DNA from: Candidatus Levybacteria bacterium GW2011_GWA1_37_16
GTDB lineage: Bacteria; Patescibacteriota; Microgenomatia; Levybacterales; UBA12049
Direction of reading: 5' to 3'
Length of the DNA: 64,000 nt
Assembly (NCBI GenBank): GCA_943357985.1
Contig: CALRGR010000004.1
Span: 1,238-65,237 of the forward strand
The notes below the pieces were generated by a model. It ran no database searches and had not been told where the DNA came from. It saw nothing but the letters and a program-made list of their open reading frames with translations. The position numbers and the translations under genes are program-made. Every line of letters begins with the position of its first letter. The stretch's first letter is position 1. Positions 47,327-56,356 of this stretch are shown here, piece by piece.

Positions 47327-48613
47327 ATGAATAGTATCAAAAATGCGGTACACGGAAATGATATTGTAAAAGTTCTCAAAATCCGTTCTTTCCTCTTTTT
47401 AATGATTTCTGAATTTTTTACCCAGCTTGCATTTAACATGCAGCATTTTGTGCTTATTTTTATAATTTATGAATTAACCCAGTCAAATACAGCGGTTTCT
47501 GGAGTGATTCTATCTTTTACAATTCCTGCGATACTTTTTAGTTTGATTTCCGGTGTGTATGTGGATAGGTGGAATAAGAAAAAGGTAATGTTTATCACTA
47601 ATTTTATTAGGGGGCTTTTTATTCTTCCTTTTTTAATTCTTAATCTTCATTTGGGACTTATTTATGTTTTTACATTTTTTATTGCGGTTACAACTCAATT
47701 TTTCCTTCCGGCAGAAGCTGCAATTATTCCATTACTTGTTCCCAGGAAGCTTCTTACTGCGGCAAATGCTGTTTTTAGTTTGGGAATTTATATGACCTTA
47801 CTTTTAGGTTATATTTTATCCGGACCGGTACTTCTTCTTTTTGGACAAGTCAATACAGTTCTAATTTTAGCAGCCTTCTTTTTTGTAAGCGCCTTTTTTA
47901 CAAGTCTCATAAAACTAAATGTAAGAGATAAAACTGATGATTCGGATGCTGAGATTGCATCATCTGTTTCCTATGAGGTCAGGGAGATATTTTCTTTTAT
48001 GAGGAAAGCAAAAAAAGTCATGCATGCTCTTGTTGTCTTGACAGTCTCGCAGGCAGTTATTTTTATGTTTGCGGTATTGGGGCCCGGATATATGAGTAAA
48101 ATCTTAGGAGTTGAGGTTGAGAGCCTTTCATGGATACTTCTGGCCCCTGCGGCTATAGGAATGGGACTAGGAGGATTGCTTTTGGGCAGCTATGGGAGAA
48201 AGCTTAAACATAAATTTTTAAGTACTGTTGGATTTGCTCTTTCAGGAATTGTTTTTATTCTGCTTCCTCTTGGAGACAGAGTATCTTCCGCTGGTTTTGT
48301 TCACAGTCTAAACGTATATTTGCCCCATGTTGTTGATATAAATATTTTGCATATTGTCGTTTTACTGGCTTTTATTGTAGGTTTTGCAAATTCTTTAGTG
48401 TTTATACCTTCAAACGCTACTTTGCAAATTGAAACAAATGAGAAAATGCGGGGGAGAATTTATGGATTTCTAAATGCCCTTACTGGTGCAGTATCTTTTA
48501 TTCCTGTAATTATTGCAGGAGGAATTGCGGATATAATAGGCGTTGCTGGTGTTATGACCGGACTAGGAATCATACTTGTGTTTTTAAGTGTTATGTTTTA
48601 TTTTTTTGATTAA
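47327..48613 (+). CDS. MFS transporter
   Basis: About 12 TM helices, GVYVDRWNKK, RGRIYG. Confidence 0.9.
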   Translation: MNSIKNAVHGNDIVKVLKIRSFLFLMISEFFTQLAFNMQHFVLIFIIYELTQSNTAVSGVILSFTIPAILFSLISGVYVDRWNKKKVMFITNFIRGLFILPFLILNLHLGLIYVFTFFIAVTTQFFLPAEAAIIPLLVPRKLLTAANAVFSLGIYMTLLLGYILSGPVLLLFGQVNTVLILAAFFFVSAFFTSLIKLNVRDKTDDSDAEIASSVSYEVREIFSFMRKAKKVMHALVVLTVSQAVIFMFAVLGPGYMSKILGVEVESLSWILLAPAAIGMGLGGLLLGSYGRKLKHKFLSTVGFALSGIVFILLPLGDRVSSAGFVHSLNVYLPHVVDINILHIVVLLAFIVGFANSLVFIPSNATLQIETNEKMRGRIYGFLNALTGAVSFIPVIIAGGIADIIGVAGVMTGLGIILVFLSVMFYFFD

Positions 48614-48618
48614 AACCA

Positions 48619-49314
48619 ATGAATTTTTTTATCTTAATTTTATTTCTTTGTTATTTTATATTTCTTTTTGCACTGCATTTTCTTTCCCGAGACGACTTTA
48701 TTCTCCTTAGAAAAGATGTGTCCTTAGACTCTCTTTTTAATATTGCTTTTGTCATGGTTCCTTTATCTCTTTTATTTTCAAGACTCTTATTTGTTATAAC
48801 TAATCCTTCAGGCAATTTTCTGAATCCTTTATATTTTCTGCTTTTTCCATATTTTCCGGGCTTGTCACTTGTAGGTGGCGTTTTGGGCACAAGTATATTT
48901 TTGTTTTTTGCTTTCAAGTTTAAAAAAATGCCTATTGAAAGACTCTTGGATTTATTTGCTCTTTCTTTTCTTTCATGTATGCCAATTGGAGTAATCGGAT
49001 ATTTTCTTTTATCAGGTGCAAATTTCAACTCTTTGCAAGTTTTATTTACAATTTTTTCCTATATATTTTTGTTTATATTCTTTTCATTTTTCTTGTTACC
49101 TAGATTTTTAAAGGGCAGGGTAGGAGAGGGGAGTATGAGTATAATATTTATCATTGCGTTTTCTATAATTTCTATCATGACAAAATTATTTGCAGGAAAA
49201 TTTTCTTTGGGAATAGAAAATATATTCCTGGTTTTAACTTTGGTAATTTCGGTGACTTTTTTTGTAAGTAAAGAAAAACTAATTTCTAAAATAAAATTCC
49301 TCAATAAAAAATAA
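48619..49314 (+). CDS. Lgt-like membrane protein
   Basis: SRLLFV, GLSLVGG, LLD motifs; the catalytic C-terminal motifs are not evident. Confidence 0.55.
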   Translation: MNFFILILFLCYFIFLFALHFLSRDDFILLRKDVSLDSLFNIAFVMVPLSLLFSRLLFVITNPSGNFLNPLYFLLFPYFPGLSLVGGVLGTSIFLFFAFKFKKMPIERLLDLFALSFLSCMPIGVIGYFLLSGANFNSLQVLFTIFSYIFLFIFFSFFLLPRFLKGRVGEGSMSIIFIIAFSIISIMTKLFAGKFSLGIENIFLVLTLVISVTFFVSKEKLISKIKFLNKK

Positions 49315-50087
49315 TGCTAAAAGTAGATGTTATCTTTGAAGATGCAAGCTTGATGGTTTTGGATAAGCCGGCCGGTATGACCGTAAACCGCTCTGATACT
49401 ACGGGAAGTGAGAAAACTCTGCAGGATTGGACAGAAGAGAGATTGGGAATTCGGGATTCTATAGCTCCCCCGTCTCGTCCGACGTCCGAATCAACGGAGC
49501 ACGATTATGAAGAAGCAAATAGGGAAGCGTTTTATAAAAGAGGGGGGATTGTACACAGGCTTGATAAAGAGACTTCGGGAATTATTCTTGTTGCAAAAAC
49601 TGAGGATGCATTCATAGAACTTCTAAGGCAATTTAGAGAAAGAGAAGTTGAAAAATCATATACTGCCCTAGTTCATGGAAAGATTGTTCCTGAGGAAGGG
49701 GAAATATCCGTGCCCGTTGGAAGACTTCCGTGGAATAGGAAAAGATTTGGAATTGTTGCGGGTGGAAGAGATGCAACAACAGAGTATAAGGTGTTAAGAT
49801 ATTATATGATGAAAAATGAACCCCTAACTCTTTTGCAACTTATGCCAAAGACCGGAAGAACACATCAGATAAGAGTTCATTTGAAATATTTAAACCGTCC
49901 TATTTTTGCAGACGAACTTTATGGTGGAAGAAAAACTGCAAGAGAAGACAGGAAGCTACTTCAAAGGCAATTTCTGCATGCATCAAGTATTAAATTTACT
50001 CATCCTGTGACAGGAAAACGTCTATTGTATGAAAGCCCAATATCGACCGAATTAAGCGAAGTTTTATCTAAATTTCAAGTCATTTGA
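49314..50087 (+). CDS. rluD: RluA/RluD family pseudouridine synthase
   Basis: DKPAGM, VHRLDKETSG, TGRTHQIRVH, QFLHA. Confidence 0.93.
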   Translation: MLKVDVIFEDASLMVLDKPAGMTVNRSDTTGSEKTLQDWTEERLGIRDSIAPPSRPTSESTEHDYEEANREAFYKRGGIVHRLDKETSGIILVAKTEDAFIELLRQFREREVEKSYTALVHGKIVPEEGEISVPVGRLPWNRKRFGIVAGGRDATTEYKVLRYYMMKNEPLTLLQLMPKTGRTHQIRVHLKYLNRPIFADELYGGRKTAREDRKLLQRQFLHASSIKFTHPVTGKRLLYESPISTELSEVLSKFQVI

Positions 50088-50088
50088 C

Positions 50089-50862
50089 ATGCCCAAAAAG
50101 ACAAAAGTTAAAAAAAATAATCTTAAAATAGGAATTATATTCTCAGCGATTATTGTTCTTCTGATATCCCTTTCTCTTGTTGGGAAATTTGCATCTTTAG
50201 TGAAGCAAAGCAAGTATGATGATAAGTACCCGTTTTATTTAGAAGTAGAAAGTAATCATGGCGCACAGTTTTTATCTTTTTTTCCAAAACAGCACAAGAT
50301 CTCCTTACTAAATGTTGGAAGTAAAACAAAATCCTCATCCGTTATTCCAAAGGAAGCTACAATTTCAGCAGATTCACTTAAAGTTGAGCCCAGTAATATT
50401 CCATCTTTCTTTATTTCTTTATTTGGAAATAAGAAAATCAAAACAACTTTGACAGCAATTGACATGACAAGGCTTTATTTGTTTTCAAAAACAGTGGATA
50501 TGGAAGATATAACAATTCGTAATATTGATTCTTTTCAAAATGCCACAGTAGATGAGATAGTTATGGCATTATTCCACGACCCAGTCATTGAATCCGAGGG
50601 ACTAAGAGTTCAGGTCGTTAATGCTACGGGAGATTATGGGGTAGGAAATAAAGCAGCAAGATTACTTACGGGTATGGGAGTTAATGTTATTTTTGTTTCA
50701 ACGGCTGATAGAAATGAAAAAGAATCTCTAATTTATTATGCGGGAGATAAGACTTACACGGTGGAAAGATTGGCAAGAGTACTGGGGTATAAAACAGCAA
50801 AACTCAAGCAGAAAACAATAGCCGATATTATGATTCGGGTAGGTAAGACAGTAGGTAATTAA
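50089..50862 (+). CDS. Membrane-anchored LytR C-terminal domain protein
   Basis: N-terminal TM; RVQVVNATG..GVG, DIMIRVG. Confidence 0.7.
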   Translation: MPKKTKVKKNNLKIGIIFSAIIVLLISLSLVGKFASLVKQSKYDDKYPFYLEVESNHGAQFLSFFPKQHKISLLNVGSKTKSSSVIPKEATISADSLKVEPSNIPSFFISLFGNKKIKTTLTAIDMTRLYLFSKTVDMEDITIRNIDSFQNATVDEIVMALFHDPVIESEGLRVQVVNATGDYGVGNKAARLLTGMGVNVIFVSTADRNEKESLIYYAGDKTYTVERLARVLGYKTAKLKQKTIADIMIRVGKTVGN

Positions 50863-50863
50863 T

Positions 50864-51019
50864 ATGTTCATAGCAATACTTATTGCAATTTTGGCAGTTT
50901 CTTTTTTATTAAGCCTTGCATCTTTGAAAGGGGAAAAAGATAATAGGGGAATAATAAACGCAAAAAAAAAGCTTCAAAAGGATAAAATTTTGTATCAAGC
51001 TTCAGCTTCGTCTGAATAA
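50864..51019 (+). CDS. Small membrane protein (51 aa, below the ORF track cutoff)
   Basis: MFIAILIAILAVSFLLSLASLKGEKDNRGIINAKKKLQKDKILYQASASSE; starts 1 nt after the upstream stop. Confidence 0.55.
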   Translation: MFIAILIAILAVSFLLSLASLKGEKDNRGIINAKKKLQKDKILYQASASSE

Positions 51020-51708
51020 TCTGAGTCTTCATCATCTTCTTCATCATTTTTTTTGATAGATTTAGTTTTCTTGGGAGTTTTATCAAAGGTAAAAGCAGAG
51101 TCTGTGCCATAAGTAAATGATGGCTGGTCTTTATATTTTGAAACTCTTTTTGTTTCCTTGATAAATATTATTAGAGTTTTTCCGTTTGCAGACTTTGTGT
51201 AGGCTTCGTAGAGATTGCCTGCTTCTATAAATTTAATTAGTCTTTTTGCAATGTCATCAGAAAGCATTCCAACATATTGTTTTCCAAATAAAACAAATAT
51301 CTTAAGCCGTTTTATAGATAAACTTAGCAATTGGCCGGTTTTAAGCATATTGATAACTTCTACAGGAGCAATGTTTAAAAGTTCTACTATTTTTGTTTTT
51401 CCAGGTTCTTCAAGGAAGATATTTCTTAATTTATACCCATTGGTATTTGAGTCTGTGTTTGTAGCACTAGTAGGAATACGCTTAATGTTTCTTAAGGCAA
51501 TTGGGTTAAGTGGGTCAATTTTTAAAACCTTTTGATAATTTAACTTTGTTTCTTTTGACTTACCTAATATGCTAAATGCAAAAGCTAAACGATTTAATGC
51601 GTCTGTATCATTTGGATTTCCTTTAATCAGAGATTTATTTAGTTTTACTGCTTTTTCCCAGTCGCCGGTAAGTGCTGTATTTATTGCTTGATTTTGAAGT
51701 GATATCAT
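50995..51708 (-). CDS. TPR-repeat protein with an acidic tail
   Basis: DALNRLAFA, YQKVLKIDPLNPIA, FLEEPGKTK; likely ATG 51708. Confidence 0.8.
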   Translation of the reverse strand: MISLQNQAINTALTGDWEKAVKLNKSLIKGNPNDTDALNRLAFAFSILGKSKETKLNYQKVLKIDPLNPIALRNIKRIPTSATNTDSNTNGYKLRNIFLEEPGKTKIVELLNIAPVEVINMLKTGQLLSLSIKRLKIFVLFGKQYVGMLSDDIAKRLIKFIEAGNLYEAYTKSANGKTLIIFIKETKRVSKYKDQPSFTYGTDSAFTFDKTPKKTKSIKKNDEEDDEDSDYSDEAEA

Positions 51709-51783
51709 TTGGGGAATAAGAATAACGGAGATTTTACTATTCTTGATTGAAAAAGTCAAGGATTGAGAGTAAAATTAACACTT

Positions 51784-52515
51784 ATGAGTGGACATTCTAA
51801 ATGGTCGTCAATCAAAAGAGAAAAAGGCGTTGCTGATGTAAAAAAAGGTCAAATTTTTACAAAGCTTGCAAAGGCTATAACCATTGCAGTTAAGCAAGGC
51901 GGAGGAATTGCCGACCCAACTCAAAATTTTAAATTAAGACTTGCTATGGATCGCGCCCAAGAAGCTAATATGCCAAAAGAAAATGTTGTTAGGGCAATTG
52001 ATAAAGCAAAAGGGCTAAGTGAAGGAGAAATGGAGGAGATCTTATATGAGGGGTTTGCTCCAATGGGTGTTTCTGTTATGGTTGAGGCCGTTACGGATAA
52101 TTCGCAAAGAACAACTGCGGAAGTTAAAAATATCTTTAATAAATTAGGAGGAAGTTTTGGTGTGCCGGGTTCCGTTGCATATCAGTTTTCTCAGATGGGA
52201 AGGGTTACGGTTAAAAAAGATGATAAGTCTTTGGAGGATGTATTTTTGCTTGCGGCAGACGCCGGAGCAGAGGATGTTGAGGAAGATGGAGATGAAATAG
52301 TTATCTTAACGCCTGCAGACAAGCTTGCCGCAGTGCGGGAAAGTCTTTCTCAAAATGGACTTAGTATCGTAGAAGCATCTCTCATACGGATTCCTATAAA
52401 TGGCATACAGTTAAATAAAGAAGCGGCTTATAAAGTTGATGCTTTTATAGCAAATTTAGAAAGCTTGGATGATGTGCAAAAAGTATACTCAAACTTAAGC
52501 TATGAGACAGATTAA
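51784..52515 (+). CDS. yebC: YebC/PmpR family protein
   Basis: MSGHSKW, NMPK, YEGF, TDN..RT, DDVQKVYSN. Confidence 0.95.
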   Translation: MSGHSKWSSIKREKGVADVKKGQIFTKLAKAITIAVKQGGGIADPTQNFKLRLAMDRAQEANMPKENVVRAIDKAKGLSEGEMEEILYEGFAPMGVSVMVEAVTDNSQRTTAEVKNIFNKLGGSFGVPGSVAYQFSQMGRVTVKKDDKSLEDVFLLAADAGAEDVEEDGDEIVILTPADKLAAVRESLSQNGLSIVEASLIRIPINGIQLNKEAAYKVDAFIANLESLDDVQKVYSNLSYETD

Positions 52516-53326
52516 TGGCTCTAGACTATTACGAATAAAATTGCCAAAACTTCCTCAAATAAATAAAAGACAAATATTTATTTTTGCTGTTTTTCTTTTA
52601 TCTTTAGGCCTTTTTATAACTCAATATCTATTCGGGAAGTCGGGGATTGTGGCTGTAATTTTACTCTCAATCCTTACAGATTTTTTTATGTATTGGGCAT
52701 TGCAAAAGGATTTTAAAGAAAAATTCACTCCTGAGGTTTTTATTTTACCATTTTTCTACTCGCTTGCATTCGGTTTATTTTATTTCCTAGTCCCGGCTCG
52801 TTTTTTGACCAGAATTGTAGTCACACTAGTATATGGATTTGGTCTCTATTCACTTTTTTTAAGCGAGAATATTTTTGTTGTATCCGCGATTAGGACCATA
52901 GCACTTTTGTCTTCGGCAAGAACAGTCTCTTTTGTTATAACCATACTTTCATACTTTTTCTTGGCAAATGTAATCTTTTCCATGCATTTGAATATATTTT
53001 TACTTCTTCCTCTTCTATTCTTCTTTACATTTCCTCTTATTCTTCATTCTGTATGGACATATGATTTGGAAATTAAGCTAAAAGAGGCTTTTTGGTGGGC
53101 CGGTTTATTATCCATATGTATTCTTGAAGTTGGATTTGTTCTTTGGTTTTGGCCTTCTAAGCCTACAGTTCTGGCGCTTTTTTTGACAGGTTTTTTCTAC
53201 TCTACAATCGGTCTCACTCAGGCGTGGTTTGATAAGAGGCTCTTCAAAAACGTAATTGTTGAATATATTTGGGTGGCGGCAGTAGTGTTTTTCGTTCTTG
53301 TATTATTTACCTCTTGGACTGGATAA
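52502..53326 (+). CDS. Hypothetical polytopic membrane protein
   Basis: About 8-9 TM helices, TIALL..ARTV motif. Confidence 0.75.
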   Translation: MRQINGSRLLRIKLPKLPQINKRQIFIFAVFLLSLGLFITQYLFGKSGIVAVILLSILTDFFMYWALQKDFKEKFTPEVFILPFFYSLAFGLFYFLVPARFLTRIVVTLVYGFGLYSLFLSENIFVVSAIRTIALLSSARTVSFVITILSYFFLANVIFSMHLNIFLLLPLLFFFTFPLILHSVWTYDLEIKLKEAFWWAGLLSICILEVGFVLWFWPSKPTVLALFLTGFFYSTIGLTQAWFDKRLFKNVIVEYIWVAAVVFFVLVLFTSWTG

Positions 53327-53469
53327 TTTGTCAGGGATCCTCTGATGGGCGAGGGGAGCCCCTTCAGCAAGCTCAGGATAAAATTGCTTGCACTGAGGAG
53401 CAAAGAGACGAAGTGATATAGTTTGATACATATTACTTAAATTATTATAGGATGTTTTGTGACATAAAA

Positions 53470-53478
53470 TGTGGATAA
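53470..53478 (-). promoter_or_regulatory. Consensus DnaA box
   Basis: TGTGGATAA is the reverse complement of TTATCCACA; 1-mismatch copy TTATCTACA at 53562-53570. Confidence 0.4.
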
Positions 53479-53879
53479 CTTATTGGTTTTCACGGATATT
53501 TAGTATGAATTTTCACAGCTTCTAATAGCCTCGTACTTCCTCGAAGAGATAGCGTTAGCCATTATCTACAGAAATAAACACGAACGTTTGTTTTCGGAGA
53601 CAGCTGTTCTTGCTCTTTCTTTCATGCTCCTGCGCTAAGCTTCACACATACGAAGCTAAAAGTTGACGCTTAGCTTGATTTTACGACCTAAACGTAACCG
53701 CGTCCAGATATGTCCAGAGAAGAGAGTTAAGGATGCTGGATTAAACAAAAAATTTTGCTAGCAACAGTGAAGAGTACTATGTTTGTATATCAAAAGTTAT
53801 TCTGGTGCATTTCATGACTCCCTAAGGAGAAGAGCTATAAATAAGAGAGATTTTGAGCGGTAGGAAAGGTAGATTGGTA

Positions 53880-53907
53880 GTGTCGCACAATATAACTTTT
53901 GCGACGT
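53880..53907. other. Candidate dif (Xer recombination) site
   Basis: GTGTCGCACAA-TATAAC-TTTTGCGACGT: 11-6-11 inverted arms, about 770 bp from the xer gene, at the strand-bias switch. Confidence 0.65.
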
Positions 53908-53943
53908 CAGCCAGGCACATATCTCTGGAGAAGACCCTAGATT

Positions 53944-53978
53944 AATTCATAATTCATAATTCATAATTCAGAATTTTT
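53944..53978. repeat. Heptamer tandem repeat (AATTCAT x3 plus 2 degenerate units)
   Basis: aattcat aattcat aattcat aattcag aattttt. Confidence 0.8.
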
Positions 53979-54151
53979 AATATGCCCTAGCTCTTCTTCC
54001 ACTTAATTCTCCCTAGATTTAATGGCCTAAAATCTGATCCACTTCCCCACTATAGGACGTAGTATCTTTAATTTATTTTGCCGAGGATTTTGTAGATGAC
54101 AACTTATACCACTTTTATAATCTAGGGGTTAAAAAACGCATCCTGAAACCG

Positions 54152-54581
54152 TTAACTATTATCTAGGAGACTGGTGCAGATGCTTGTTACTGAGGGAGGG
54201 ATATTTTCTCTTTGAGTTATTTGTCTTAGTATCTCTGCATTAATCACTCGGTAATCATTGGTTTCATTATTTTGGTCAAGAATTCCGGTATCTTCTATGG
54301 ATATAGCGCCTTTTTGTTCAAGTTGAGTTAAGGCAAGTCTTGTTGCATTATATGCCTCAGGGTGTTTTTTAAGAAAGTCAGTTTTTTTAAAAATGGCTCC
54401 ATATCCTTCATAAGTCATAACGGATGCGATTAGGGTTTCCAAGCCATTTGAGAATAACTTCAGCAACTCTTGGTTCGTTAATTTCTTCAATGGGAATTTT
54501 TTCCGGATAAACTTTTACAAAAGTATCGACAAAGCCATTTTTTAGCTTTTTTAGGCCTTCAAAAATTCCGGAAGATTCCAT
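54152..54581 (-). pseudogene. Frameshifted gene, possible winged-helix protein
   Basis: ORFs 54408-54596 and 54152-54490 fuse if one copy of the tandem TCATAA-G-TCATAA (54408-54420) is removed. Confidence 0.5.
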
Positions 54582-54618
54582 AAGTAAAGAATACAACTAT
54601 TAATTAGATTATTCTAGT

Positions 54619-54668
54619 TTGACAAAATCTTCCGAGTGTCGCATAATAAATTTAGTTGCGTCGCAAAA
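54619..54668 (+). promoter_or_regulatory. xer promoter overlapped by dif-like half-sites
   Basis: TTGACA(54619)-17-CATAAT(54642); GTGTCGCATAA at 54636-54646 and GCGTCGCAAAA at 54658-54668. Confidence 0.6.
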
Positions 54669-54672
54669 TAAA

Positions 54673-55605
54673 ATGGATAATACTCTGCCCGGACTTATTG
54701 ACCAATTCCTGGAATACTTGGAAATAGAAAAAAATTGTTCCAAATTAACAATCCGCGACTACAGACACTACTTAGAAGTTTTTAACCACTGGTTTGAATC
54801 CTCAATGACCGGTAAAACTATTGCAGACTTGGATTTGCCTACTGTTAGAAAATATAGAGTTTACCTTGCTAATCATGAAGATGCCAAGGGAATGACGCGT
54901 AAAAGAGTTACGCAGAACTATTATGTTATTGCCCTTAGATCATTTTTGCGGTTTTTGGTAAAAAATGATTACAAGACTCTTGAACCCTCAAAAATAGATT
55001 TACCTAAGACGGAGAGTAGATCTCTGAAATTCTTAGAAAAAGAACAGGTTGACCGTTTGGTGACTTCTATTGATATATCAAAGGAAGATGGGCTTCGCGA
55101 CCGTGCGATTATAGATTTGCTTTTTTCTACTGGGCTTCGTGTTTCGGAACTTACAAAGCTTAATAAAGATGGGATAAATATGCAGAGGCGCGAATTTGGT
55201 GTAATTGGAAAAGGCGGACGCGCAAGAGTTGTTTTTCTTTCCGACCGTGCTATAAAGTCGGTTGAAATGTATATCAAAGCAAGAAAAGATGTTTTTAAGC
55301 CTCTTTTTATCCGCTATTCGGGTACGGTATCGCAGGAAAATAATGGTGAGAAAATGCGGCTAACTGCAAGAAGCATCGAAAGAATAGTTAAGAAATATGT
55401 AAGGCTTACCCGCCTGCCGGTTGACGCAACAGTCCATACTTTGCGCCATTCATTTGCAACAGATTTGTTAACAAATGGTGCCGACATTCGCTCAGTTCAG
55501 GAAATGCTTGGGCACAAAAATATAGCAACGACCCAGATTTATACCCACGTTACAAATAAGCAGCTCAGAGATATTCACAAAACCTTCCACAGTGGAAATA
55601 ATTAA
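54673..55605 (+). CDS. Tyrosine recombinase, XerC/XerD family
   Basis: SAM-like N-domain; TGLRVSEL, GKG, HTLRHSFAT, LGH, TTQIYTH; ATG 54673. Confidence 0.93.
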   Translation: MDNTLPGLIDQFLEYLEIEKNCSKLTIRDYRHYLEVFNHWFESSMTGKTIADLDLPTVRKYRVYLANHEDAKGMTRKRVTQNYYVIALRSFLRFLVKNDYKTLEPSKIDLPKTESRSLKFLEKEQVDRLVTSIDISKEDGLRDRAIIDLLFSTGLRVSELTKLNKDGINMQRREFGVIGKGGRARVVFLSDRAIKSVEMYIKARKDVFKPLFIRYSGTVSQENNGEKMRLTARSIERIVKKYVRLTRLPVDATVHTLRHSFATDLLTNGADIRSVQEMLGHKNIATTQIYTHVTNKQLRDIHKTFHSGNN

Positions 55606-55606
55606 G

Positions 55607-56356
55607 CTAGAGGGTTTCATAGGAAAGTGTTACTGTTATTTCTATAGAATTCTCTCCTGGAGTAATATTTGTCGCATCGCTGCCCACAGCCTCAGTTTTA
55701 AAATTCTGAACCATTTGAATGGATTGCCCAATTAAAGATTCCTGAACATCTATTATTCTGCCAAGTCTTATTCCAGCAGCGTTTGCCAGAGATCTTGCTT
55801 TCTCCTTTGCCTTTTCAACTGCTTCTTTTCTTGCTCTATCTTCAAGCTTTGCTCTAGTTTCATCGTCAAATATAAAAGTTACACCCGAAACTACGTTTGC
55901 GCCGGCTGCTGTGGCCGCGTCTATGGCTTTATTTGCGAGTTCTGTCTTCTGAGTTTTTACTTCTAAATTTTGGCTTGCAGTGTACCCCGTTATCTTCTGT
56001 CTTGGTGTGAAATCATAGTTTGGAGAAATAGAATAATTTACAGTTTTTATGTTTTTTGCTTCGATGCCAAGTTTTTTCAGCGAACCTATGACGCCACTGC
56101 TCTTGGTATTTAGTTTTACTTGTGCGTCTGATACTGTGGTTGATGTTTCTGTTACTCCTAGAGATATCTGGGCCGTATTTGGAGCGGTTGTTGTCTTTCC
56201 TGTTCCCGAAGCCGTAAATAAGCTGCTCTTTGTCGTCTGGACACTTGTTACAGAAAAAGGAATTGGCCCAGCGAGTTTTGTGTAAATGAATAATCCAATA
56301 AAAACTGATATAAGGATAAGCAGGGGCTTTTTTATTTCGTAGAGTTATTCTCTCAT
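55607..56356 (-). pseudogene. SIMPL (YggE/Bp26) domain gene with an in-frame TAA at codon 4 (or a non-canonical start)
   Basis: ATG AGA GAA TAA followed by 245 open sense codons: FTASGTG..APNTAQISLGV, YSISPNY, GYTASQ, AGAN, AVEKAKEKA..LA..AG..LG; absent from the ORF track. Confidence 0.8.

Noticed and set aside
53327-54151. tmRNA, RNase P RNA or SRP RNA in the long gap
   Set aside because: Hallmark motifs (GAGGAAAGTCC, tRNA-like ends, SRP GGAA loop with AGCAG) were not found on either strand by eye.
54673-55605. Prophage or island integrase
   Set aside because: XerC/D-like size and motifs, no phage or cargo genes, and no att duplication linking it to the tRNAs 9 kb away.
56345-56347. Stop-codon reassignment explaining the TAA in the SIMPL gene
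   Set aside because: TAA, TAG and TGA all end well-identified genes in this window, so the code is standard.
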